Shown: positions 25,613 through 35,057, counted from the stretch's first letter. The stretch is 64,000 nt of DNA from Bacteroidales bacterium (GCA_025355465.1 JANXZO010000027.1:3787-67786), one strand, 5' to 3'. Notes: generated by a model from the letters alone, not told the origin. Program-made: numbers and translations.

Positions 25613-27469
25613 ATGAAAAAGGTCATTTTCTCATTATTTCGTCAGTTTGCCTTTTGGATACTGTTTTTCAACTTCGCCAGAGGGGTATTCATTCTCTACT
25701 ACTCACCGATAATTGTAATTGAAAAGATAAGCCTGGGCGAGGTTTTGGCTATATTTCCACATGCCTTCAAACTCGATCTCGCTACAGCCTGTTATATCAT
25801 GGTATTCCCGTTCCTGTTGCTGCTGCTTCAGTCGGTGACGCATCTCGGATGGATAAACCGTGTTAATAAGATATACACCGGCATCATTGTTTTTGCCTAT
25901 TCGCTTGCAACTGCAGCCGAAATGGGGATCTATGCAGAATGGAAGACCAAACTGACCTACAAGGTTATTAAATACCTGAACCACCCCGGGGAGATCTATA
26001 ATTCGGCCGAAACTGGTACTTTCTTTCTGCTGCTGATCATTTTTGCGGGGCTGTTTTCTATCAGTTATTTTATCTATGTCCGTGTTTTTTACCGTAAACT
26101 GGTCAATACAACCTTGAATGTTTGGAGTTTCCTGGGATTAATTATCATTACTCCGCTGTTATTATTGGTTGGACTCCGGGGCGGCGTGCAGCAAATTCCG
26201 ATAAATCAGAGCGAATCGTATTTTTCCGAACACAATATTCTGAACATTGCGGCGGTGAATACCGGCTTTAACCTTTACATAAGTATTTTCGAAAATCTTC
26301 GCAATTTCAATCGTGACCCCTATGTTTTTATGGATCCGTTGGCAGCATCAGCGGAGATGAAAAAAATCCGTGCAGTTGCCTCCGACACGACCCTTGAAAT
26401 TCTGAATACCTCGCGGCCGAATATTGTGCTGGTAATTCTAGAAAGTTGGTCGGCCGATCTTATCGAGGCACTTGGAGGCAAACCAGGAATCACGCCGGAG
26501 TTCAACAAGCTGGAACAGGGAGGTATTCTTTTTGACCACCTGTATGCTTCAGGATCCAGATCGGAACAGGGCATGGCATCTATTTTTGGCGGTTTCCCTG
26601 CCCATCCGATCAGTTCGATCACTGTTCAACCGGATAAATTTGTTAAACTGCCCAGTCTTACCAGGGATCTGATGAAGGCCGGATACACATCGGCATTTTA
26701 TTTCGGAGGACAGTTGATTTACGGTAATATCAAGAGCTATATAATATACAACGGCTTTAACAAAATAATGGAGGGTAAGGATTTTCCGGGATCTCTTCCG
26801 CAGGGGAAACTGGGAATCCACGATGAGTACACGCTTGGATATATGGTAAACGATGTTGGACAAATGAAGCATCCTTTTTTTGCTTCTCTCTTTACTGTAA
26901 GCACTCACTCTCCCTGGGATCAACCTTATCCAAAGCCGCTGAAATGGGGCGATAATGAACGTGAGTACATCAATGCAGCGCTGTACACAGATCATTGTCT
27001 GGGCGAATTTATCAGCAAGGCAAGCAAAGAACCCTGGTACAAGAATACGCTGTTTATTTTCGTTGCTGACCACAGCCATAATTCTTACCGTAACACGCAT
27101 CCCCAGTCGAAGGAATACCACCAGATACCCATGTTATTTTTTGGCGATGTGATCAAAGCCCGGTACAAAGGCACCCGTTGGTCTAAACTGGGAAATCAGC
27201 ATGATTTGGCTGCCACACTCCTTGCCCAGTTGCACATACCTGCACAGGGCTTCAGTTTCAGTAAAAACCTGTTTAATCCTTATTCAGGAGAATATGCCTA
27301 TTACTCCACCGAGGATGGACTGGGGTGGATAAGACCGTGGGGGTATTTTACCTACGACAAAGCGGCGAATTACTATTATGACTGGACAGATCCGGCCTCG
27401 CCGGATTCGCTGTTCAGAGAAGGGAAGGCCTATCTTCAGACGGTCTTCGGTGAATATATGAAAGACTGA
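25613..27469 (+). CDS. LTA synthase / phosphoglycerol-transferase family sulfatase-fold membrane protein
   Basis: N-terminal polytopic TM region, then a sulfatase-like ectodomain (VLVILESWSAD, STHSPW, FVADHSH). Start set to ATG 25613 (MKKVIFSLF). Confidence 0.8.
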   Translation: MKKVIFSLFRQFAFWILFFNFARGVFILYYSPIIVIEKISLGEVLAIFPHAFKLDLATACYIMVFPFLLLLLQSVTHLGWINRVNKIYTGIIVFAYSLATAAEMGIYAEWKTKLTYKVIKYLNHPGEIYNSAETGTFFLLLIIFAGLFSISYFIYVRVFYRKLVNTTLNVWSFLGLIIITPLLLLVGLRGGVQQIPINQSESYFSEHNILNIAAVNTGFNLYISIFENLRNFNRDPYVFMDPLAASAEMKKIRAVASDTTLEILNTSRPNIVLVILESWSADLIEALGGKPGITPEFNKLEQGGILFDHLYASGSRSEQGMASIFGGFPAHPISSITVQPDKFVKLPSLTRDLMKAGYTSAFYFGGQLIYGNIKSYIIYNGFNKIMEGKDFPGSLPQGKLGIHDEYTLGYMVNDVGQMKHPFFASLFTVSTHSPWDQPYPKPLKWGDNEREYINAALYTDHCLGEFISKASKEPWYKNTLFIFVADHSHNSYRNTHPQSKEYHQIPMLFFGDVIKARYKGTRWSKLGNQHDLAATLLAQLHIPAQGFSFSKNLFNPYSGEYAYYSTEDGLGWIRPWGYFTYDKAANYYYDWTDPASPDSLFREGKAYLQTVFGEYMKD

Positions 27470-27472
27470 CAG

Positions 27473-28720
27473 CTAATCCAGTTCATGTACCACAAGTCCG
27501 GACCGTAGTTTCGGCTCAAACCATGTTGTTTTTGGTGGCATTATATTTCCGGAGTCGGCAATATCCATAAGTTGCTTCATCGAAACCGGATAGAGCGCAA
27601 ATGCAACCTTCATTTCACCAGAGTCGACGCGTTTCACCAGTTCTCCAAGTCCGCGGATACCTCCAACAAAATCGATCCTGTCTGATGTCCGGAGATCCTT
27701 TATGTCCAGGATATCATCCAGCACCAGGCGGGAAAGGATGGTTACATCAAGCACCCCGATCGGATCCGCATCATTGAAAGTTCCGGGTTTGGCAGTGAGC
27801 GAATACCATTGTCCTTCCAGATACATGGTGAAATTATGCAGCATCGTGGGTTTGCAGATCGTTGTTCCAACCGCAGCTACCTCGAATACTACTGACAGCC
27901 TTTGCAGAAATTCGGTAACCTGCAATCCATTCAGGTCTTTGACCATCCGGTTATAGTCGATGATCGACAACTGGTTGTCAGGAAAATGCACTGCAAGAAA
28001 GAAGTTGTACTCCTCGTTGCCTGTATGGTGCGGGTTCTTCTGTTCCTTCTCATTCCCAACCAGGGCAGCAGCTGCGGTACGATGATGGCCATCGGCAACA
28101 TAGGTGAAGGGAACTTTTGAGAACAGGGATACAATGCGCTGGTTAATATTTTTGTCGTTTATTACCCAGAAATGGTGGCCTACACCATCGGAAGCGGTAA
28201 AATCGTAATCGGGAGAATGGTTTCCGACAAACGAAGAAACAATTTCATCGATCTCCGGCACGGCGGGATAGGTGAAGAATACCGGCTCCATATTTGCGTT
28301 GGTGACCCGCACATGTTTCATGCGGTCCTCCTCCTTGTCCTTGCGTGTGAGTTCATGTTTCCGGATAATCCCGTTCATGTAATCTGCAACACCGGCGCAA
28401 CCAACAATCCCATATTGGGTTTTGCCGTTCATGGTCTGCGCGTAAATGTATAGCAGTTCATTTTCATCCTGAACCAGCCATCCATTTTTCCGAAAAAGGT
28501 CAAAATTCTCTCTTGCCTTATCGTAAACGGGTTGTGAATGCAGGTCGAAATCAGCAGGCAGGTCGATCTCGGGTTTGATAATGTGCAGGAGCGAATAAGG
28601 GTTCCCTTTTGCTTCCTCTCTTGCTTCTAACGAGTTGAGTACATCATAAGGTCTTGAAGCCACTTCCTGTGCAATAGCAACAGGAGGTCTCAGGCCTTTG
28701 AAAGTTTTCAAAATAGCCAT
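27473..28720 (-). CDS. DUF1015 family protein
   Basis: MAILKTFKGLRP N-terminus, the VADGHHR motif and a length of about 415 aa match my recollection of DUF1015. Confidence 0.75.
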   Translation of the reverse strand: MAILKTFKGLRPPVAIAQEVASRPYDVLNSLEAREEAKGNPYSLLHIIKPEIDLPADFDLHSQPVYDKARENFDLFRKNGWLVQDENELLYIYAQTMNGKTQYGIVGCAGVADYMNGIIRKHELTRKDKEEDRMKHVRVTNANMEPVFFTYPAVPEIDEIVSSFVGNHSPDYDFTASDGVGHHFWVINDKNINQRIVSLFSKVPFTYVADGHHRTAAAALVGNEKEQKNPHHTGNEEYNFFLAVHFPDNQLSIIDYNRMVKDLNGLQVTEFLQRLSVVFEVAAVGTTICKPTMLHNFTMYLEGQWYSLTAKPGTFNDADPIGVLDVTILSRLVLDDILDIKDLRTSDRIDFVGGIRGLGELVKRVDSGEMKVAFALYPVSMKQLMDIADSGNIMPPKTTWFEPKLRSGLVVHELD

Positions 28721-28760
28721 GTCAGTATTTAAGTTATAAGGTTTTCCGGGTTAGCGACGA

Positions 28761-29186
28761 TTAAATATCATCGTCATCATCCTCATGTTCATCAGGTTTA
28801 ACAGAGCGTTGAAGTGATCCGATTAATGCTCCGATCATCTTGGTCATCTCCATGAGATAATTCTTCGATTCGTCGTACGCACTACCAGTGATAAAATTCT
28901 GGCTTTTGGCAACCGTCGATAACACCACGCACTCTCTGACAGAACTCTTCGCCATCTTCAGATAGTAAACGAACTGGCTTTTATTTCGCGACGAACCTTC
29001 TGCAATATTCAGCGAAATTCCATTTGCTGAAACGAGGTACCGTTCGAAAAAAGCTTTTACAAAAGGGTCTGTATTCGCCGTCCGGGTCATTCTGTAAACC
29101 CAGTCAATATATTCTAACGACTTGTGATAAATTCTCAGATCTTCAAACCTGAAAAAAGTAGTTGGTCTTTCGTGTTCGTTTTCCAT
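28761..29186 (-). CDS. Four-helix-bundle protein (23S rRNA intervening-sequence protein / PF05635-like) with poly-Asp tail
   Basis: The segments IYHKSLEYIDWVY...IAEGSSRNKSQFVYYLKMAKSSVRECV fit the family pattern. The C-terminus is EHEDDDDDI. Confidence 0.7.
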   Translation of the reverse strand: MENEHERPTTFFRFEDLRIYHKSLEYIDWVYRMTRTANTDPFVKAFFERYLVSANGISLNIAEGSSRNKSQFVYYLKMAKSSVRECVVLSTVAKSQNFITGSAYDESKNYLMEMTKMIGALIGSLQRSVKPDEHEDDDDDI

Positions 29187-29236
29187 GGTTTTCTCAGCAA
29201 TTAGTTAACACTGTGTTTTTGGGAGCAGTTACCACG

Positions 29237-30160
29237 CTATTTATTCACCTGGAATGTCCGGTCTCCGTTATTGATGAAGTTGACTATTTGTTTTGCTGCA
29301 GCGATCCCGGCATTAATGTTGGCCTCCTCTGTCTGTGCCCCGCTTTTTTTGGGAGTACAAAAGAACTTTGCTTTGAAATTGGCTTCTATCTCGGCTTTGT
29401 TCGAAGGTTCAACATCAGTAAGATAGGCAAAATCTTTCCGATCCTGAAACATCTTAAGCAGGTCAGCATCATTGATTACCTCAGCCCGGGCCGTGTTAAT
29501 CAGACAGGCAGGAGCGGGCATTTTTGAAAGCAGCGAATAATTCACCGACTGCTTTGTCTGGCTGTTTGCCGGAATGTGTAAGGAGATAAAATTGCAGGTG
29601 CCGTATAACTCTTCAACAGTGCCTAACCATTTAACGCCGTCCTTGGCAATCTCTTCGCGGGGAATGAAGGGGTCAAAGGCATAAACCTCCATGCCAAATC
29701 CTTTGGCAATGCGCGCAACGTTTTTCCCAACGTAACCATAGGCGTGAATGCCGAGTTTCTTGCCCATGAGTTCTGACCCGGATTTGCCGTTAAAGAATCC
29801 GCGGGCATAATAAACCATCATTCCAAGTGCCAGTTCGGCTACTGCATTTGAATTCTGACCCGGTGTGTTCATGGCCACAATTCCTTTGGATGTTGCGGCA
29901 GGAAGGTCAATGTTGTCATAGCCGGCTCCGGCCCTCACAATGATCTTCAGTTTTGATCCTGCCTCGATTACCTGTTTATCGGCCTTATCACTTCGGATAA
30001 TTACAGCCTCAACATCACCAATGGCTGCCACGAATTCTTCCTGACTTGTATAGTTTTCAAGAAGCACAAGTTCGAAACCGGCATTCTCAATAGCTTTCCT
30101 GATCCCTTTTACTGCCACAGGGGCAAAAGGTTTATCTGTTGCTACTAATACTTTTGTCAT
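29237..30160 (-). CDS. serA: D-3-phosphoglycerate dehydrogenase (short form)
   Basis: 2-hydroxyacid dehydrogenase with an NAD-binding GIHAYGYVGKNVA motif. 307 aa, immediately downstream of serC. Confidence 0.85.
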   Translation of the reverse strand: MTKVLVATDKPFAPVAVKGIRKAIENAGFELVLLENYTSQEEFVAAIGDVEAVIIRSDKADKQVIEAGSKLKIIVRAGAGYDNIDLPAATSKGIVAMNTPGQNSNAVAELALGMMVYYARGFFNGKSGSELMGKKLGIHAYGYVGKNVARIAKGFGMEVYAFDPFIPREEIAKDGVKWLGTVEELYGTCNFISLHIPANSQTKQSVNYSLLSKMPAPACLINTARAEVINDADLLKMFQDRKDFAYLTDVEPSNKAEIEANFKAKFFCTPKKSGAQTEEANINAGIAAAKQIVNFINNGDRTFQVNK

Positions 30161-30171
30161 CGGAGTTCGGA

Positions 30172-31242
30172 TTAGGCGTTTAATTTCTCAAAATCATGCA
30201 TGGTATCCACAAGAGCCTGTACACTTTCGATGGGTAATGCATTGTAGGTGGAGGCTCTGAATCCGCCAACAGAACGGTGTCCTTTAATGCCAACCATCCC
30301 CCTGGGCTTGGTGAATTCCATGAATGCCTCCTCCTTGTCTTTATAGGCCTCCTTCATGACAAAGCAGATATTCATCAGGGAACGGTCTTCTTTGGCAACC
30401 GTACCGACGAACATCTTACTGTTGTCGATGGCATTGTAAAGAAGTTCGGCTTTCTTGATATTCATTGCCTGTACAGCTTTTACACCACCAAGGGCTTTGA
30501 TCCAGCGCAGGGTTTCCATGCAGGTGTAAATGGCAAACACAGGTGGAGTATTGTAGAGTGATGGCTCTTTAAGGTGGGTGGCATAATTCAGCATCGTGGG
30601 GATCTTACGCTCCACTTTGCTGAGTAACGACTCCTTGATAATGACAAAAGTAACACCGGCAGGGCCCAGATTTTTCTGCGCGCCGCCATAGATCATCGAA
30701 TATTTGGAGACATCAACCGGTCTGCTGAGAATATCGGAAGACATGTCGGCGATCAGGGGTACAGGACTGTCGAGGTCACTGTGGATTTCAGAACCGTAAA
30801 TGGTGTTGTTCGTTGTGATATGGAAGTAATCTGAATCCGCAGGAACCGTGTAATTCTTTGGAATATAATTGAAGTTCTTGTCTTTCGACGATGCTACAAC
30901 ATTTACTTCGCCAAAAAATTTGGCCTCTTTGATCGCCTTTTCTGCCCAAACTCCCGTTTCCAGGTAGGATGCTTTCTTGTTGAGGAAATTGTAAGGGATC
31001 ATACAGAATTGCATGCTCGCACCACCGCCAAGAAATATCACCTGGTAACCTTCGGGGATGTTTAACAACTCTTTGAAAAGGCCCATGGTTTCATCAAGGA
31101 CCGCCTGAAAGTCTTTGCTGCGATGTGATATCTCGAGCAGGGATAAACCAATGCCATTGAGGTCCAGAATAGCTTTTGCTGAATTTTCCAGAGCAATACG
31201 AGGAAGGATGGATGGACCGGCGCTGAAGTTGTGCTTTTTCAT
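30172..31242 (-). CDS. serC: Phosphoserine aminotransferase
   Basis: [15 protein letters not shown]-terminus and the [15 protein letters not shown]-lysine region. Start set to ATG 31242 rather than 31302. Confidence 0.92.
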   Translation of the reverse strand: MKKHNFSAGPSILPRIALENSAKAILDLNGIGLSLLEISHRSKDFQAVLDETMGLFKELLNIPEGYQVIFLGGGASMQFCMIPYNFLNKKASYLETGVWAEKAIKEAKFFGEVNVVASSKDKNFNYIPKNYTVPADSDYFHITTNNTIYGSEIHSDLDSPVPLIADMSSDILSRPVDVSKYSMIYGGAQKNLGPAGVTFVIIKESLLSKVERKIPTMLNYATHLKEPSLYNTPPVFAIYTCMETLRWIKALGGVKAVQAMNIKKAELLYNAIDNSKMFVGTVAKEDRSLMNICFVMKEAYKDKEEAFMEFTKPRGMVGIKGHRSVGGFRASTYNALPIESVQALVDTMHDFEKLNA

Positions 31243-31373
31243 GTTCTTTTTATTAAAATAATGGATGTAGTTAAATGAGATTCGCGGTGCAATAATAATC
31301 AAACAAAGTAAACGAAATTATTTCTGAGATCAAAAATAAAAAAAAAATTGGGACAGGCAAAAAAATGGAGGGA

Positions 31374-32282
31374 TCAGCGGGTATTTCTGGCATCAATTCC
31401 GGTAACGAATTCCCATTTGCCATTTACCATGATGAATCCGTCACAGGCCTCGGAGTCAGGAACATAATGTTCGTAAAATCCTTCCAGCTGAGGATCAAGC
31501 GGCATGAGATGGTCGCCTATGATCATCATGGGTTTTTCGGTGGCTTCGATGGTGTTGCCTTCCCGAAGACCCAGATATCGTAAAATGACCTCTTTACGAT
31601 CCTCCAGTTTAAGGATCATGGATGCCTCGGCAGAATAACGGAAAATCACCCGCATATTGCCGTTCTCGTGGTATTTGCTGAATACAGGTGCCCCAAACTG
31701 AATCTTGTTGTCGCTCGTAAAGGAGAGGATCTCAATTACCTTTTGGGTTATGCGCGAGTTATTCCCTTGCCATCCAAGGAGCGTGTAGAAAACTGCTGAG
31801 TCGGACGTTATCACCGGGATTATCTTGTAATACATCGCCCCAAACCAATTGCCGGGTGAAAGCAGCTGATTGTCAGGATCATCAATTGAATCGGAATGGT
31901 CTGTCAAAAGGGTAATCACTGCCGAAGATATACCCGGTTGCTGAATGAAGCCGTAATTCGTAAAATGGCCGTCATTCATCCGTATATTCCACAGGTACAG
32001 CCTGAATTTTTTATCGGGAGCGGTGAGTTTTCCAAGCGACCGAAGTGAGTCGAAGGGATAGGTAAATGATTGCGAGCGCAGCAACGTAGCCCCGAGGAGG
32101 AGGCTGAACTGCTTGTTTAAAACCCTTCTCACACTGTCGTTGTGGGTTTGACCAAGCCTGAGTGAAATGATTTTCAGAGAATCTTCAGCTGATTTGACAG
32201 ACAGGTGTTCCTGAGAAAGAATCCGCGATGAAGAAAAAATCAGACAGAGTAAAAGGAGCATTTTTAGTAATCGTTTCAGCAT
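31374..32282 (-). CDS. Secreted hypothetical protein
   Basis: Signal peptide MLKRLLKMLLLLCLIFSSSRILSQ. 302 aa, with no recognisable motif. Confidence 0.55.
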   Translation of the reverse strand: MLKRLLKMLLLLCLIFSSSRILSQEHLSVKSAEDSLKIISLRLGQTHNDSVRRVLNKQFSLLLGATLLRSQSFTYPFDSLRSLGKLTAPDKKFRLYLWNIRMNDGHFTNYGFIQQPGISSAVITLLTDHSDSIDDPDNQLLSPGNWFGAMYYKIIPVITSDSAVFYTLLGWQGNNSRITQKVIEILSFTSDNKIQFGAPVFSKYHENGNMRVIFRYSAEASMILKLEDRKEVILRYLGLREGNTIEATEKPMMIIGDHLMPLDPQLEGFYEHYVPDSEACDGFIMVNGKWEFVTGIDARNTR

Positions 32283-32333
32283 GTGCCCGGTTTTATCTAT
32301 GAACGTTTTTCCATCCTGCTTATTTTATAACGC

Positions 32334-32341
32334 TACCTTTG
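32334..32341 (+). promoter_or_regulatory. -7 box TACCTTTG placed 4 nt before ATG 32346 (leaderless-type)
   Basis: The sequence reads TACCTTTGcaaaATGAAA. Confidence 0.5.
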
Positions 32342-32345
32342 CAAA

Positions 32346-33398
32346 ATGAAATCAGCTTACATAAGCGCAGCAGAACGTATTGAATCTTTTGCCCGGCTTG
32401 GAGAAATTCTCAGAGCCTATCCGGCCCGTTCCGCGGAGGTAAATGCGGATACACTTGTTGAAGCTGCCAGGCTGGCTTATGAAGAAAATGTATGGTTTAC
32501 TCCTGAACATATTACCATTGCGCTGAATGCGATCGGGGAAATTTTACGTGCGGAAGACCTGTCGGATTGGATCGCCGCCTACAGCGAGGATATGAAGCCA
32601 TCTTGCAGGACCATCGGCGTAGTCATGGCCGGCAATATCCCGGCGGTTGGGTTTCACGACTTTCTCTGTGTTCTTATTTCGGGCAACAGGATCCTGGCAA
32701 AACTCTCTTCCGTCGACAAACAGTTGCTGCCTGCCATGGCGAAACTGCTCGTTTCGTTTAATCCTGCCTGGGAAGAGTTCATCTCCTTCACAACCGACCG
32801 GATTGAAGGTTTTGATGCCATCATTGCAACCGGCCGTAATAACACATCCCGCTATTTTGATTACTATTTCGGAAAATATCCCAATATTATCAGACGCAAC
32901 AGGAATAGCCTTGCTGTAATTACCGGTGATGAGACGGCCGGAGACCTCGCAGGATTGAGCCGTGATATTTTTTTATATTTTGGAATGGGATGCCGCAATG
33001 TTTCAAAAATTTTTATTCCTGACCGGTACGATTTAGGCAAACTTACAAACGCCTTCAGTGCTTTTGCAGGTTTTGCCAACCACAACAAATACAGAAACAA
33101 TTATGATTACCTGAAATCAATATACCTGATCAACAAGGTTCCATTTCTCGATACAGGATTCCTGTTGATTGTTGAGGATCCCGCGATTCAGTCGCCCATT
33201 GCAGTCCTTCACTTTGAACGTTATAACCAGCTAAATGAAGTGACACGCAAACTTAATGACGTCCGTGAGGAGATTCAGTGTGTAGTCTCCATCGAGGATC
33301 CCGGATTACCCTATTTGTTACCGGGTCAGGCACAGTACCCGGCTTTACGCGACTATGCCGACGATACGGATACATTGAAATTCCTGATGACCAGATAA
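32346..33398 (+). CDS. LuxC-like acyl-CoA reductase family protein (tentative)
   Basis: 350 aa. The GMGCRNVSK motif and overall layout match my recollection of Bacteroidota 'acyl-CoA reductase' annotations. Not verified. Confidence 0.5.
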   Translation: MKSAYISAAERIESFARLGEILRAYPARSAEVNADTLVEAARLAYEENVWFTPEHITIALNAIGEILRAEDLSDWIAAYSEDMKPSCRTIGVVMAGNIPAVGFHDFLCVLISGNRILAKLSSVDKQLLPAMAKLLVSFNPAWEEFISFTTDRIEGFDAIIATGRNNTSRYFDYYFGKYPNIIRRNRNSLAVITGDETAGDLAGLSRDIFLYFGMGCRNVSKIFIPDRYDLGKLTNAFSAFAGFANHNKYRNNYDYLKSIYLINKVPFLDTGFLLIVEDPAIQSPIAVLHFERYNQLNEVTRKLNDVREEIQCVVSIEDPGLPYLLPGQAQYPALRDYADDTDTLKFLMTR

Positions 33399-33413
33399 TC
33401 TTGATGAAAAATG

Positions 33414-33444
33414 TTTGCAAATCAAATAAAAACCATTAATTTTG
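33414..33444 (+). promoter_or_regulatory. -33 TTTG / -7 TAATTTTG promoter for rpmE
   Basis: TTTG at 33414-17, a 19-nt spacer, then TAATTTTG at 33437-44, with ATG at 33473. Confidence 0.6.
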
Positions 33445-33472
33445 CACCCTCATTATAAATCACATTTGTAAA

Positions 33473-33742
33473 ATGAAAAAAGACATTCACCCGAAGGATT
33501 ACAGACTGGTTGTTTTTAAAGATATGTCAAACGATTATACCTTTCTGTCTAAATCAACCGTAAAAACCAAAGAATCAATTGTTTGGGAAGACGGACTGGA
33601 ATATCCGCTGATTAAAATTGAAATTTCTCATACTTCGCATCCGTTTTACACCGGGAAGATGAAATTGGTTGACACTGCCGGACGGGTTGATAAATTCAAA
33701 AGCCGCTACTCCAAGCATATTGAAAAGAAAGCTGCTCAGTAA
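33473..33742 (+). CDS. rpmE: 50S ribosomal protein L31, type B (no CxxC zinc knuckle)
   Basis: [10 protein letters not shown]...HPFYTGK signature. The CxxC pairs are absent. Confidence 0.92.
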   Translation: MKKDIHPKDYRLVVFKDMSNDYTFLSKSTVKTKESIVWEDGLEYPLIKIEISHTSHPFYTGKMKLVDTAGRVDKFKSRYSKHIEKKAAQ

Positions 33743-33763
33743 GCGAAAAATAAAATATTTTTT

Positions 33764-33799
33764 AAAAGCCTCCGTTTTTTTTTCGGAGGCTTTTTTTTT
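33764..33799 (+). terminator. Rho-independent terminator after rpmE
   Basis: The sequence aaaaGCCTCCG-ttttttttt-CGGAGGCtttttttttt forms a 7-bp GC stem (extendable by A:U pairs) followed by a T-run. Confidence 0.85.
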
Positions 33800-33811
33800 A
33801 TCATAAATTTA

Positions 33812-33819
33812 TAAATTTG
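33812..33819 (+). promoter_or_regulatory. -7 box TAAATTTG upstream of the 33867 gene
   Basis: Matches TAnnTTTG, 47 nt upstream of the ATG. Confidence 0.45.
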
Positions 33820-33866
33820 CAGTATACAATTATTCTAAATTTTCCCTAACATAAATCCCGGATAAC

Positions 33867-35057
33867 ATGAATTACATCCTCTTCGACGAAAGCATTGTAA
33901 AAACGAATTTACTTCCGCTGACTTTCACACGCCCTGTTGCTGATATCCGGGTTGGGATCCTCACTATCCGTGAGAAGTGGGAAAAGCGGCTCAAAGCCAA
34001 AACGTCATCGCTTACCGATGTTTATTTGTCGGCCAAATTCCCGATTGTTAAAGAATCAAGCAATGTTCTCATCAATGGATCGGTGTGTCCAAACGACGAA
34101 ATCATTGAAGCTGTGAAAAACCTGAAGCCAAACCAGACGGTTGTTTACAACGATACGATAATCGCAGTGCATGTTACGGAAGGAGAACTGGATAATATCG
34201 GAGATACATCTTCTGAAGGTATAGAAGAGATCCGGATTTCTCAGTGTCCTCTCAAAATCAATCACACCTGGGAAATATTTTCGAAAAATCAGCTTGCACT
34301 CCTCGATGATTTCAGGCTCCTGACGAAAGGCAGAAAATCACAAAAGCTCAGCAGTACCAACAGGGTGGTTGGGGAAGAATATGTCTTCGTCGAAAAAGGA
34401 GCCAAGGTTGAATGCGCCATACTCAATGGCGAAACCGGACCGATCTATATTGGGAAAGATTCTGAAATCATGGAAGGCGCCATGATTCGGGGACCGTTTG
34501 CACTTTGCGAAGGTGCCCAAGTCAAGATGGCAGCCAAAATTTACGGCCCTACTACAATCGGACCCTACTGCAGGGTAGGAGGGGAGGTGAACACCTCTGT
34601 GCTCTTTGCCTACTCGAATAAGGCACACGATGGTTTTCTCGGCCATTCTGTGATTGGCGAATGGTGTAACATCGGTGCGGATACCAATACCTCAAACCTG
34701 AAAAACACTTACGATTCGGTGCGTTTATGGAGTTATGGCAAGCAAACATTTGTCAACACCCATTTGCAATTCTGCGGGCTGATCATGGGCGATCATTCCA
34801 AATGTGCCATTGATACACAATTTAATACAGGCACAGTGGTCGGAGTGAATTCAAACATTTTCGGCGCCGGATTTCAGCGCAACTTCATCGCTTCCTTTAC
34901 CTGGGGCGGCACCGCAGGGCATACGAACTATAATGTTCAGAAAGCAATCGACGTAGCTGAGATCGTCTACAAACGCAGAAACCTCGTCTTTGACGATGTG
35001 GAAAGAGAACTCCTTACCAGTGTTTACAATCTTACCCTGAAAAATAAGTACCTGTAA
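33867..35057 (+). CDS. Putative sugar nucleotidyltransferase with left-handed beta-helix (alternative GlmU-like family)
   Basis: N-terminal nucleotidyltransferase-like region, and a C-terminal hexapeptide-repeat region (IGEWCNIGADTNTSN, GDHSKCAIDTQFNTGTVVG). Confidence 0.65.
   Translation: MNYILFDESIVKTNLLPLTFTRPVADIRVGILTIREKWEKRLKAKTSSLTDVYLSAKFPIVKESSNVLINGSVCPNDEIIEAVKNLKPNQTVVYNDTIIAVHVTEGELDNIGDTSSEGIEEIRISQCPLKINHTWEIFSKNQLALLDDFRLLTKGRKSQKLSSTNRVVGEEYVFVEKGAKVECAILNGETGPIYIGKDSEIMEGAMIRGPFALCEGAQVKMAAKIYGPTTIGPYCRVGGEVNTSVLFAYSNKAHDGFLGHSVIGEWCNIGADTNTSNLKNTYDSVRLWSYGKQTFVNTHLQFCGLIMGDHSKCAIDTQFNTGTVVGVNSNIFGAGFQRNFIASFTWGGTAGHTNYNVQKAIDVAEIVYKRRNLVFDDVERELLTSVYNLTLKNKYL

Noticed and set aside
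28761-29186. The four-helix-bundle protein as an Avd-like accessory factor of a diversity-generating retroelement.
   Set aside because: No reverse transcriptase gene and no template/variable repeat pair occur anywhere in the window, and the gene sits inside a metabolic array.
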